A stretch of 64,000 bases of DNA from Paraglomus brasilianum (lineage: Eukaryota). Location of the stretch: contig CAJVPI010000008.1 of NCBI GenBank assembly GCA_910592345.1, positions 1 to 64,000 on the forward strand, in the 5' to 3' direction. Both the position numbers and the translations under genes were made by a program. This document shows, in pieces, positions 13,643 through 26,852 of this stretch (within the stretch, counting starts at the first letter, position 1; every line of letters begins with the position of its first letter). Below the pieces are notes generated by a model. It was not told the origin of the DNA, did no database searches, and worked only from the letters and a program-made list of their open reading frames with translations.

Positions 13643-14098
13643 ATGTCTCGTCTTGGTATTTACGAAGTCATTCCTGAAATGCTGGATTATGCCCAAAAGT
13701 TGGTGTTAGAACGGCCAAGAAAACGGAACCGGTTTTTGCTATTCCGCCGAAGCGCTTATGAATTGACAAAGCGAGAGATATTGCGCGAATACAGTCCAAA
13801 TGAACTGAGTCAAATATGGAATGGTTTGCCCCACAACATTACGAATCAGTTCCAGCGTATTGTTGAAACTGCCAAACATATACCAGCAGTTATTGGGGAG
13901 GTGCGAGTGCCGGGTAGAAAACGAAAAAGAGGCCCACGCCAAGACTCGTTTGCAGTTCAAATATCGTTAAACGTGCCTCGGCATTTAGAGAATAGTTATC
14001 AACAGACTATCATGATAACTGACCCCATCATTAGGAGGCTTGAAGAGAATGCGGAGAATGCGATATTTGATGAGTATACGACGCTCAACACTAGGTGA
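13643..14098 (+). CDS. Divergent MATA-type HMG-box protein, 151 aa, intronless
   Basis: RPRKRNRFLLFRR...SPNELSQIWNGLPHNITNQFQRIVE keeps the N.F..FR, S..W..LP and F spacing of HMG boxes. It has an NLS-like RKRKR, and TATAAA lies at ~13560. Confidence 0.65.
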   Translation: MSRLGIYEVIPEMLDYAQKLVLERPRKRNRFLLFRRSAYELTKREILREYSPNELSQIWNGLPHNITNQFQRIVETAKHIPAVIGEVRVPGRKRKRGPRQDSFAVQISLNVPRHLENSYQQTIMITDPIIRRLEENAENAIFDEYTTLNTR

Positions 14099-16068
14099 TT
14101 GAGTCGTCATCGCCGTCGTCGTTATTGTTCGTTATCATCGTCGTCATCGTCGTCGTTATCATCGTTCGTTTCGTTATAAGGTCCTAAGATATAAATAAGA
14201 ATTTAAGTAAACTTGTATGTAACAATTTATATTAGAGTGATATAAGATTAATATGTCACATTTAAGTTATAAAATTATTTTATGTTTTAACTCTTAACTA
14301 GAGAAACTTTTTGCAATTACTTGTCCATTCTTGGAACCTGATATTTGTTATTTCTTCGTGACACGTTTTTGACATCTTCATTGATGCGCAAAGACGTAAA
14401 TCTCAACAATTTGAGATTTACTTACCGAATGCTTGGATGTTATAAAGTGCCTCACTTTCGAGTACGTTTGAAGGTTTCAGTGTAGTTGATAATAATCGTA
14501 TATACCTTAATAGTCTTAATAGTTAGCATTAACTAAGTGAATTCAAACATTTAGTTGAGTGTGAGCCTGGTAGGCGGAATACGATCGTTACCCCTTCAGG
14601 TTGTTAATACAGTTGTATTTAGTAAGAATAAATGTCTCACATGATATTAATCAATGTCATGTTCGAACTTATTTTAACCTTTTCTAATTGGCGCAGCTAC
14701 TTTGATTTTATTATTTTTTTACACAAATGGACTTGGAATTTTTTCATCGCCGCTTCCGTTTAAATTAATACTATGTCTAAAAGAAAGCAAAGCTTGGGGA
14801 AAAGCTATAAAATTCAACAATTTAACCATAGCTATTAACAAATTTAAGGATTTTCTTTGTATAAACTTCTGCTATTAATATTAATATGGAGCTTGTGTCT
14901 CCGCGAGTTCTAGTAATAAGAAGACAAGCTACAGAATGCATTAATGTCGCTCAGTGACAGCCAATGGGTCGGGTTTATACTACACAATTAATGATAAAGA
15001 TTATACAGAACGTTTTGCTGTTTTATAGCGAATTAATATCAATTAAATAACGCATCGTATAGATCTCTGACACTGACATGACCAGTGGATCTGATATCTT
15101 GCACTAGGTCAACATTTAAAGAAGGGTTATACTATTTCTTGAAAGATTTGAATAAGAGAGAACAGCGTAACTACTTTTATGATGATGAAAACCAACCAAT
15201 AAGCTTACGAGTAGAAAATACTTTAACTAGTGTTCAATGATAATCTGGTTTGGTGCTAACCTGCGATGGGAAGAAATTCTTTTTTTTTTATTCTGTTGTC
15301 AAAAGTTCTATGCTTAATTGTATGAGTCATGCCGCGTCGTGATAAATATTAAAACTTAGTCCAAGAAATATATAACATTTTTGTACGGGCTGCGTTTATT
15401 CAATTGTGCAATTATAATTAGGATTACAGAGCGCTTACTAATATAAAAAAAAATGCTGAATCAATCAATCTCTGCTTATGATTAGGCCCTTGGTATTAGG
15501 GTTTTAATTACATTTGTTATTCAATTTCTTACAGTGAACCATCCCTTATGATTAATGATCCAACGTGCAGTTGCTTTGTAAGTACAATCTATCCTGACCA
15601 TCAGTGAAAATACACTCAATCTAATCGTCTATAATAACAACAACAACTCCATTTTATATTTAGGGATTATTAAACACTTAACGTGGTTATGTGATTGTGT
15701 TTGGCGTATGAAAATTCTTTAAATAACAATTTTAAGCTAGTTCGCCGCTGCAACTGTCAACACACAAAATCAGGCCGACGCATTCGTCTGGTATGACAGT
15801 TTTCTCCATTGTTTTAATGATAATCTGTCGAGATAAAGATAATCTGGTACTCATAGTAAGGATATACCCCAAACAAATGGGCGGTGGTTTCTAAAAGGCA
15901 GAACATATTACATCTGCATGTGATGATTCCACGTTTATAACAACAATAATCCCCACAACCCCATGTAAATAACCGTAACTAAATTGGTATAAAACTCCCT
16001 GCCAACAATTCTTAAAAAAAAAAACGACCAAAAAAAACTAAAAAAAAAAAAAAACAACTACTTGGACC

Positions 16069-17409
16069 ATGTCTACAACTCAAGTTTGGGATACATCGCT
16101 CCAACAATTTCATGGTGGGCAGGATTGGAAGTTTTTAGATAATTTTGTTGAAGATTTTTCGGTCACTACGAATTCGTTAGGGACTCCACAAGGAGCATTG
16201 GTAGCTGCGAGAGAAGCTGTGGGTATCAATTATATACTAAACAATTCGCAACTACCTTGTGTTTCGTCATCTAATACGATTACGATGATAGTTGGCAACT
16301 TGCCATCATTATCCGCCCGCAGACCAAGAACCTGCCAAGTCGTCATTGGCCAAATTCCTTTGGCCGGCAGATCATCAATCTCATGTTTCAAGACTGTTAT
16401 TAGGAAATGGAGCGAGTGAACTAATTGACTTGGTGATAAGAACTGCGCCGCCTGGCAGTTGGAAGCCAGGACCATGGGACGCGCAGGTGAGAAAATTATA
16501 ACAATCTTTTTTCCTCAGAGACACACGATCAATCAGTGGGAATCCATTCATTTTTGTTAGCAGCGCTGGCATCCACTTGTCGTATCAATCTGCTGATTTT
16601 TTGTCAACTATTCATCTCTTTCATAGTACAAAGAATACCAACGATTCGCAGAAGTGAATAATCGCACCCTTCTCTCTTCAGACGACAAACAAAGAACAAC
16701 CCTCATCTGCATTGTTAACCCGTGTAATCCGACGGGTGACTACATGCCAGTATCGGAAATCAGAGACTGGATCACAAACAACATAGAACGCGGCGGAGTT
16801 GTAATAGTGGACGAATCGATGCAACCGTGGCTATCATCCTCTTGGCGCGACGATTCATTGACATCTCAGCATAAATTTGCATCAATGTTGTATGAAACTT
16901 TGAATGTATCGTTATATGTAATACACTCGTGGACGAAATTATGGTCATGTACTGGGCTTCGCCTCGGCAGCGTTGTCTGTCCGACTTTGTCGCACTGTAA
17001 ACAACTGAAGAAAATCCAAGTGCCATGGAGTGTGAACTCGGCTGCCTTGGCATTTCTCGAGACCGTGGTCACTGATACTGATTACCTGAATAAAACATGG
17101 GAAATAACTCCAGTCTGGCGAAAGGAAATTTTATCTCGATTAACCATCATTTCTGACGAGATAGCAAAAGTAAAAGGAGAACAAGCAAGATGGTCGTTTC
17201 ATGGCAAGGAATTTTTATCGTGGATTTGGGTAGACGTAAAGGATGTTGGTTTTGCAGAGAAGGCAGTGGAAAAGGCTAGAAAGGCTGGAGTGCCTGTGAG
17301 AAGTGGAAAGCCTGGATATAACAGACCGACTTTTGTGAGAGTTGCGGTGAGAGAACCTAGTAAGGTTGATATATTAATTAGGGCTTGGATGTCATTAGTA
17401 AATAGCTAG
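16069..17409 (+). CDS. PLP-dependent class I/II aminotransferase-fold enzyme, CobD/HisC-like (exons 16069-16218, 16292-16486, 16627-17409)
   Basis: Motifs FHGG, DFSVTTNSLGTP, HYP, GNGASELI, NPCNPTG, VDES and HSWTKLWSCTGLRLG (PLP lysine). Two GT-AG introns join the frames. Confidence 0.9.
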
Positions 17410-17840
17410 GAGAGTATAACATCAAGCACTATTTATAACAAGTAATAAATGTTACAGGGAACTTAATACATAGCAGCGATGGCAAGTGATGATATGTTAA
17501 AAACTGCCGGCATCAGGGTGTCTCTACCACCCCCTTAATGTCGCTGAAGGCTTCCGAATGATTATGATATGATTGAATTAGTTACCTTTCGTTACCGAAT
17601 CTTTTTCACGATTAATAGGTATTGGACAGTCGCGCATTTCATAATGAACTAACCTTTGACGGAGATACTGGGAACTTGGGGAAAACATGAGAACTTGTGG
17701 ACAATTAAAAACATCACAGAGGTTAGTGGGTGAATCTTTTGTAGTCCAATAATCCAACGGCATTTTATCGAAAACCTGCGCTTGCTGGAATAACCAAACT
17801 CGTAGCTTCCATTGTGGAGATTGAGGATTTCTGACAATGT

Positions 17841-17940
17841 GTGTGAAATGAGTAAAAAATGCTATCGACCGAAAATCCCTATAATCCAAATTTTTATTAT
17901 AGCGATTTTCAGGCGACAGCATTTTTTACTCATTTCACAC
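17841..17940. repeat. 100-nt inverted repeat (hairpin)
   Basis: 17841-17885 pairs with 17896-17940. The outer 23 bp are perfect, there are about 4 mismatches overall, and the loop is 10 nt. Confidence 0.9.
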
Positions 17941-18407
17941 GCTATCTTGACTCATTAAGATAAATTAGGTTTCTTTGAGCATAAAACAGCTAGAGATCGA
18001 ATCAAGAGTGTGAAAGGCTGAAGATTAATGTTATTTCATGATTCAGTAACCCACTGGATACACTCAAAGTTAACGAACAATTTAAATGCAAGTTATGGAG
18101 ATGAAAACACTTGTAACGAATGTAATTTTATTTCACAATGCAAATTGTACATAGATGACTATGTTTTGTATACTACAAGTAATAATGGAGAACATAAGGA
18201 GGAAGGAAGTGAGAACAATGAATGACAGAATAACTATACAGTAGATTACAGGTTCCTCCTTTCCTCCCTCCGTCTATCTACCAACATAATATACATGAAA
18301 GCAAGGATGACTATAAGCTGACAAGTAAATCTATTGTATTACACATTTTCTAATGGTTGTTCAAACCTTGCTGCCTCATACAGCACCCCATCCAGCACAC
18401 CATCCGC

Positions 18408-21400
18408 TTATTCGCTAAGTGTCCCTTCCTCAGCATCAACAAACTCGTCTAGACTTCCATCATCGTTTTCACTCCCCACCAATTCCATACTGTTTTTCTC
18501 ATAACCAATGTTTTCATCAATAAACGCATCGCTAAAATTAGAAAGGTCCGAGTCCGATGGTGTCGATAGTGTTAAATATAAATTGGGTGACAAAAAGTGA
18601 CCATGTGAATGGAAAGAAGCGGGGAGAAAATGAGGGGAGGAATTGGGTGAAGGGTCACGAGAAAGAGTTTGAGGAGTTCGGACAGAAGTATCGGGGCAAT
18701 CTGTTCCAGAATCAACATTTACAACGTTGATAGACACCTCGGGCTCATTAGCTTCTTTTCGTCTTACATACATACTTTGAGTCCCATACCTTGCATCTTT
18801 ATTATTCGTAACTCTTACACCATTGTTTCTTGCTTCTTCACTCGACCCTCTTCTCGCATCTTGCTTCTCTAATAATATTCCGTCCATTTTCTTCACACTC
18901 CTTCTCTTCATCCAATACTCGTTGTCCTCCATAACCGTAGTACATAAATCTTTCTCCAGTATTTCGTGATAACATAATAATTTCGATAAATCAAGAAATG
19001 TCGATATCAGACGTTTGGATATTACATTGGCAATACTGAGAATCCGATCGCGTGTGGATGCTTTGTAGGGAACCATAATTGTGAGATTTCTAACGAGTCG
19101 AACGTCTCGGGTTAGTTGTGATGTGTGAGTCGTGATTTTTGCTTGTAGGGAAGCGATTTTGGACTTGAAAAGCGGAGATAGATTTAGAATGTTAGAATAG
19201 AAACAATGAAAGATAGAGAGAACAGAAACAATGAAAGATAGAGAGAACAGATACTTTGGATACAAAACATGAACTACTTGACAAACGAGTGAGGACACAA
19301 ACTCGTGCCAAAAAGATCTTTTCCTATACTCACCTTTAAAACTTCCACCCTCGCAACGGCACCATCGGTGAACCCTTCGCTCCTTTTACTTGAACTAGTA
19401 TGCCTTACCCCCCGCATTTTGATCCCACTTGTCTTGAATGCTGCCGCATAATTGATCTTTGCGATCCAATCATTCATCTCGCTCTCATTTTCGGCTTGAA
19501 ACAGGTACTGATACCCTTTAACGCCAACAAGTCGAAAGACGTGTGGATGCTTCGTATAGGTACTTTCGTATACGGCTATGGAGTCTGCAGTCATTAGGAT
19601 TATATCAGGCCTAAGAGTTGGACTTTTTTTATTGTGCTAAAGAGAAAATAAGGATGGTTATAAATAGTTAGTAAAAAGTTTGGATGAAAATTCAATACAT
19701 TTCTACTTCTGTTAGTAATAGTTTCTTCTACTCGAATACTTTTCTATAACGAACTACTAATCTACACCGACTCCTGAAACTCCCTACTCACATTCACATC
19801 TTTAGCCACGTTCGGTTGATCATCAAACAAACTCAAATCTTTGAAAAACATCAATTGACTTCCTGATAGTACAACGCCAAATTGCTTCCAGGTTCTTCCG
19901 AAACCGGTGGCTCTTTTGCCTCCTTCGAGTAGGTCGATTTTTCTACCAAGTTTACCTGCTTTCGTTATTTTTAGCAGAAACACTCCAGGGTCGTTACTGA
20001 CAGGATGTATAGCGGAAACGGAACTGGACGTGTCTCCGTATTGACGACGTGATCGAATGCCAGTAATGCGGACCGTAGAAGCCGTAGTGAATGCACGGTG
20101 GATGGAAGCCGTGTCGAATGTGGGTAGGGTGCCTTTGTACGAGAAGGGATTTGAGGTTGGAACAATGGATTTGAGGTTTGGCGTAAAGTCCGTCGGAATT
20201 TTCTTTGAATGTAAACAGAGAATGTGTTATAATACTTTCGTACATTTTTATGATATTAATGTTTTGTCAGTAGTACTTACATGTTGAATAACAAAATATG
20301 GATCGTTTCGAGGACGGTTGATAATTTTCCTATGACCATCCTTAATTCCGCCAAAAAATTTCGAATGCTTTAATTCTTGTGGTGATGCCATTAAAGTCAT
20401 GCCGTTTACATCTGTGTCATCCTCTGCGTAAATGAACTGTGTAAACGTTATATTATCGTATAGTACTTCGAGTATCTCTTCCGGAACGCCATCTATTCTG
20501 ACATTGCGAACAAATTCTTCTTTTGTCATTTTCTTCTTTACACTCTTGTTGAAAGCATCGGTGTGAAGCATGAGTAGCGAAAATGCCAGGATATATGAGG
20601 TATCTGTTTACGAGAGTGAGTATATGTGTGAAAGGTAGGCAGGCGTGTGAGCGTTCACCTCGGCATTGTTTAGAAACCGTTGTATTTGAAATAACAAGAT
20701 GGTTCATACCTTGCGATGGGAATAGATCGGGATTGCATTCATGATATCGACGAGCAAATGATTCCATGATTCGATCGATTTGTTGCGTCTCTTTGGGTAA
20801 ATAGCAATCCATGAGAAATTTCCTGTGACATTATTATTACCTATTTAATCGCGGGTAAAGTTATGAAAATAAATGACAAATGACATATAGTATTCGGTAT
20901 ACCTTAATGCAATATCTATTGGATCTTCGGTAAAGTCAAATGATTCCATATACGTCAAGAGAACAGCCTCGTGGAAGACATCTTTACTGTAATAGTGTCG
21001 AATATTTAGTTATTTCGATTATTCTTGGGCGTTCATCTGCTGGACAGACAAGCCATTATGATACGCCTGCTCCCAACACCTTCTCGAACTACTTCGACTA
21101 ATTACTACATTACATTCTCGATCACTCACTTTTTTGCCAATAGCGTCGCCAACTCGGATTTACTCAGAGTATCCTGCATTCTTTCTAAATACTGTTGAGG
21201 AGTCTCTGCTTGATTGCCAATGGTATGCCGTCGTTCGGGCCTGTTTGTTCCAAGCATATCAGGACTTGCTGAATTTAGGTCAGTTGCAGTCATGTTGGGC
21301 ATTGAGCCTGTACGTTTATAATGTCTTTTGGAAGGAATGTTAAAGACGGACGACGTCGTGGAGGATAGGGAATCGGTGGGTGACGTGGGCGGAGCAAGCG

Positions 21401-21854
21401 ACGAAGTAGGTATTTCGTTGTGTAATAAAGCATAGTTAGTAGGTAATGTCTGGTTATTCGTGATCTCTGCATTACGCTCTGCTGTGTCGTTTCTCTCTGG
21501 AACTGGGTTATTCTCTATTCCATTTCCACCTTTCCTTTCACTTGATTCAATAAATTTAGTCTGTATAAATTGTAATTTCTTGCTCATGCTATCCATTCCG
21601 TTTATTTTGTCTATAGCCATTCCTTCAAACAAATTAATATGTGGTATTTCCACATCGTTTAGCGATAGTTGTTTCTGGGGATTGCTTGCTATGGTTGTAG
21701 TTACCGTAGTCACTGTGGTGGTAGTGGTGGTGGTGATGACGGTTGTTTCGTCGTAGTGTTCAGCGTCGTGCTTATTGCCAAATATCAGATTGTGGATTGA
21801 GTTGCTTGGTTTTTTAGGTTGGGAATCGGTGCTTAGACGTTTAGCATTAAACAT
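18408..21854 (-). CDS. ARF guanine-nucleotide exchange factor with Sec7 and PH domains (multi-exon)
   Basis: Sec7 motifs LPKETQQIDRIMESFARRY and LHTDAFNKSVKKKMTKEEFVRN. PH motifs WKQFGVVLSGSQLMFFKD and YLFQAENESEMNDWIAKINYAAAF. The start codon is uncertain. Confidence 0.9.
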
Positions 21855-22315
21855 AGTGAACAGGAAGTGGCTGACAGTTTGCTTTAAATTATGCCGACAG
21901 CCTTACACAACCGAAAACTATCTAAGGGCCAATGTTTGAGCTCTTATTATTGTTTCAGTATATTTGATGTCAGTGTTTATACTAAACCTGAAACCGAATG
22001 AATGGCAACACTGCTTTTTATTTATTATTAAAGTTGAGCACAGACGATATTTGACTTTTTGAAAAATAAAATACTTATACTAATAAAGGGAAAAGTTTAA
22101 ATAATATCACGAGTTTGGATGGAATTATGGTTATTCCGATGCTATTTCTGCTTGACGTTACATGCATTAATGTATCGAAAAACAAAACTAATAATAATTC
22201 TCACATTCAATGGCACTGATACAAATTTATCAACGAACATGAGCTTGATTGATAATTGTTTACTGCGAACATATGGGGACAAAACGAGGAGAGATTTGTT
22301 TGCTAGGATGATTGT

Positions 22316-24668
22316 TTAAATTAGATCGGCTACGTTCATAGGCATTTCATCAATTTGTGTGTTGTAAAATTGTTCTATTAAATCAAGAGGCAAAAGAACG
22401 TGTAAGTAGGACATGCGATGATTAACTTAAAAAAAATAAGCTTATATCCAATTACCTATATCACGCAACATTCGCACATCTTCGCTCGCAACAAAGTTAA
22501 TGGCAACTCCTTTTCTACCAAACCGACCGCCTCTCCCAATACGATGAATATAGTTCTCACGATTGGTTGGCAAATCATAATTGATAACCTATTCCATGAA
22601 CAAGAGGAAAAATTAGCATCCTTTATATAACCCAATCTCTATCTTTTCCTATCTCTTCTTGTCCATACCAAAGAGACTTGCTGCACATCAATTCCTCTGG
22701 CCAGCAAATCTGTGGTAATCAACACCCTCGATGACCCGCTTCTGAATTCCTTCATAATGACATCTCGCTGCGCCTGATCCATATCACCATGCATGGCAGA
22801 AACGGTGAATTCCCGCTGGTGCAACTTTTCCGTAAGCCAATCGACTTTTCTTCGTGTATTGCAAAAGATTACAGCTTGAGTAATTGTGACAGTCTCGTAG
22901 AGATCGCAGAGAGTATCGAGTTTCCACTCTTCCTTTTCGACTGCAATATAAAATTGCTTTAAGGGAAAAAAAGGAGAAAAAGAGTTATGATGTGAGTATG
23001 ATACCGAGTAGATGTCGTAAAATCAAACAATACACAATTGATGCATGTATATTATGGTAATAATTATTATTATCCCTTCTTCATTGGCTGCTTACCTTAA
23101 TACCCTCTAAAGTTAACTCATCCCTTTTGACCAAAATTCTAACAGGTTCTCTCATAAACTTTGTTGTTACTTCAAGGACGTCTGCAGGCATAGTAGCGCT
23201 CAACAGCACAACCTGTGTGCTAGGTGGCAACAGCTGAAACACATCATAAATTTGTTCCTTAAATCCTCTACTCAGCATCTCATCCGCCTCATCCAGCACA
23301 AACATTTTAATACTGTCTGTCTTCAATGCTCCACGGTTAATCATGTCATATACTCGTCCGGGCGTACCAACGACAACGTGTATTCCTTGTTCTAACTTTT
23401 TAATACCTTCACGGACGTTCGTGCCGCCAATTGAAGCATGACATTCAACATTCATAAAGTCACCGAGGGCGATGACAACTTTTTGAATTTGCTGAGCAAG
23501 TTCGCGAGTCGGAGCTAAGATGAGTGCTTGGCATTTATTGACATCCATGTCGAGTTTTTGAAGAATGGAGATGGAAAAAGTGGCAGTTTTTCCGGTGCCT
23601 GATTGGGCTTGAGCGATTACATCATGGCCCTTGATTACCGGAAGGATGGCTCGCTGCTGGATCGCCGATGGTTTTTCAAAACTAAGTTGGGTTGGGGGAA
23701 GAGGGTAGGAGAATAATAAAAAGCGATAAACACATCAATACAAGGTTGAGTATTGAGAATATAACATCTGTTTTTGAAAGCTCTATTTTCTCTCTTCACT
23801 TACCCGTATGCATAAATACCACGCAATAATTCAGCCTTGAGACTCATATTGTCAAAATTATCAACAATTTCCTCCCAATTAGACTAATTGACAATGGAGC
23901 AAATCAGATTACGGGAAAAGTCGGGTTTGGAAAGAATCAACAAGATAGAACATGTAGATTGTCTGCGTCGAAAATTTACCTCAATTTCTGCTTCTATTTC
24001 ATTCGTGTCGTCTCTGTCTTCCGTAAAGATCAATCATTTAGCATTTGAACAAAAACAAGACAAGTAAAGCAAGAGCACAGAACCAAGAGGAAAAAAAAGA
24101 GAGGAGAAAATCACAAAGAAAGAACGGGAGAAGAGCATAAAGTAGAAGTGCATAATACATATATATTGTTATATTTTTATATGCTCGTCTATATGATGCT
24201 CGACTCGTTTAACTCGTAACACTTCAATGGCTGTTCAATAGGAAATGTTGAGGCAATCATAGCATACCACAAACTAATAACCTCAATATCATCCCTTCAA
24301 GTTTGATTATTATTATTATATCATTACTGTTCCACTATTACCCTCCTCTTTATAGTTAATAAGTAGATCCAAACCACACAGCTTTACGCAGTCGGTTACC
24401 ATCTCTCCATCAATCCCTATGATCCTGCGTCGTCGCATTGCAGAATACGGTATGCAAAGCAGTTTCTCGATGCTCATATCACAATATCTTGACCGGTCGC
24501 GCCTCTCCGTTCTACTCCCGATGGCACTCTATCTTGTTGATTCAGTACATCTAGCATTTCTCTCTCAAGCAGCCACTGAAGCATAAAATATTAGGCATGC
24601 TCTCTCTTGCATGTCTTCTCCTATCTCCTTATTCGCTACATGTTCTGCATATTTAATACTCACGCCAT
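22316..24668 (-). CDS. TIF1: Translation initiation factor eIF4A (DEAD-box helicase), multi-exon with 5-nt first coding exon
   Basis: Motifs [31 protein letters not shown] and [10 protein letters not shown]; the protein ends MPMNVADLI. Exon 1 ATGGC (24668-24664) splices in frame to 24013-23980. Confidence 0.97.
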
Positions 24669-25096
24669 GATTACTGTTTTTCTTTGTGTTCGTACGTATA
24701 AATTGTTAATACGAGAGTTTTGTTTATAGTGTCAGTTTGTCAGGCGAAAAGATTTTTTTCATTTATTGGGAAATTTTTTTTTTACTTCACAGGAAAGAAT
24801 GTGATTGGATAAAGGAAATATGCGGCGCGCATGTTTGCCGACTCTTCGGATTTGGTTCCCTTTGAGGATAATGCAGGCTAGGGGATTGACGGGGGGGAAA
24901 TTCAGCTTGACTGGAAAATTAGACAATGCTGCGATTTGAAGAGAGAGAATTCAGGGAGAATCCGTAACGGTAACATTCAAAACCCAATTTGTTCGAGTGT
25001 TGATTGTTTGTGTAGTCTGCAATCTGCAGAATGTCGATTGTCGATTGTCGATTTCTGTATTTGGATGGTAATTTTTAGGTGAGATTTGCTGGCAAG

Positions 25097-25162
25097 TCTT
25101 TTGGGCGTGTCTTTTGGGCGTGTCATTTGGGGGTATCATTTGGGGGTATCATTTGGGGGGTA
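25097..25162. repeat. Five tandem 13-14 bp units upstream of eIF4A
   Basis: TCTTTTGGGCGTG x2, TCATTTGGGGGTA x2 and TCATTTGGGGGGTA. Confidence 0.85.
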
Positions 25163-26852
25163 AATATTTCAGGGGTCACACATATAAGCAATATTAAAGG
25201 TACCAACGGTCACGAGATGCGAATCCCCTGTTAGTCAGCACCTCGAATTTAAATTATCACTGTAATCTCATGGACAATACAACTTTGTCTCAGTTAGTTT
25301 ATCCACATAAAGTCCGAGTCACTAAATTTTAGACTGTAAATTAACCACGTCTTCTCGTGCTACAAATGAATTATCTGGCTGTTGTTTAATAAATTCGATC
25401 ATCGTTTTAACGCCGCCTCAAACGAAACCTTTTCTGAGTCTCACTGACTGCTGCCATTACAATCATTTGTATCTTCCTCATTATCCTTGGATAAGACTAT
25501 TTCAATAATGTCGTCATTATTTACATATCAGCACGAAGTATGTCACCAATCGTACTACTTCCGCAAGCAAATATTCCTGCAATTTGATTATGAGACAATA
25601 AGAATGACAAATTTCACATTTCTGTAAAGCCGAACAAAATAATAACAATAATACAACATTTTATTTATTGATTGGTGATATTACTCTCGTGAAAGCAGAA
25701 AGTGGCTCTGTTATTCAGACATAGAAGTCAGTAGAGATGATCTGTTACTCATACGGCGATTACTGCGTGATATAGAAAAAGTAAAGATAATAGAGTCAAT
25801 TAAATTGGTATCAATAAAATTAAAAGTTTATAGCGCAAATATGCGGTTACGCGATTTGTAACAATTCTATAATCGGTCTCGCGTTATCCCTTAGTCTGTA
25901 GGCCTAATTTGCCCTTAATTTTGTGGTGCATTTTCAAGGTTGCTGTTATCATTCTATCTGCACTTTAGCCATTAATAAAAAGATTTACCTTATTCTGAGG
26001 TTTTAAACAAGCTAAAAATTGTAGCAAAAACAGATATGTACGAAGAATAATACATATTTACATAATAAATTTACAAACCTTTTTATGTAAATTTTAGTTT
26101 TTTGTAAATGTTACCCTATTGAGACTATGTTAGAGTCACCCTATTATTAGACGCTATTTTTTCCCCATCTTATCGTTATTCCAAATCTAAGGAGCCAAAA
26201 ACAAACTGATGAGTTGTTGAAGACAGCCACTTGACTTGATATTATTTCCAGTCATCATTTTTTAAAGCCATTTTTACTATGTTATTATCAGTTTGTTTAT
26301 TAATATGGGCATTTTATCTAGTCTTTACAATTTCAACAAACTATATTTCGCAACAAAAAGTTGCCTCTGTGACGAATAAATTAAAATGTTGAATAATTTA
26401 ATTTAATTTTACTTTACGCACAAGATTAAGCGGTTTGAGACTTTTTTACAGCTTGTCTATTAGTATTACCATTAACAGTCAGTTGAAAATACTAAAGCGC
26501 AGTACTTTCGTGACTTATATGATCAGTTGAATAATCGTTGGATCCGAATAGGCTCTATAGAACGATGAAATTATGTATCACGTGACTTTTTACAACGGAC
26601 CTGAGGTTTCCATACAGGAGATATAAAGCAATTTTGTCAATAAATCAAAATTCCGTATGGAAAACGGCCCGGCACATCTGTGGCTCAGACACATTCATTT
26701 TAGTTGCAATATTTATTGCGTGTGGTGTAATTATTCTAATGCTTTTATAGTAACAATTTCAAACGCGAATTTCTGCGCATCAATTATCATTGGTCACATC
26801 CTGCATACAATGAAAACAATTATAGAAGATTCCAATACTGCGTAATTAATTA

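Noticed and set aside
17486..17547. Box C/D snoRNA (GTGATGA...CTGA)
   Set aside because: There is no terminal stem and no recognisable rRNA antisense element. It is probably 3' UTR sequence.
19199..19251. 25-bp tandem duplication in a Sec7 intron
   Set aside because: A simple local duplication with no sign of function.
10747..24668. Mucorales-type sex locus (HMG gene near an RNA helicase)
   Set aside because: The helicase is ordinary eIF4A rather than RnhA, two unrelated genes intervene, and no triose-phosphate transporter gene is present.
25097..25162. CRISPR array or telomeric repeat
   Set aside because: Units are contiguous with no spacers, the context is eukaryotic, and the unit is not TTAGGG.
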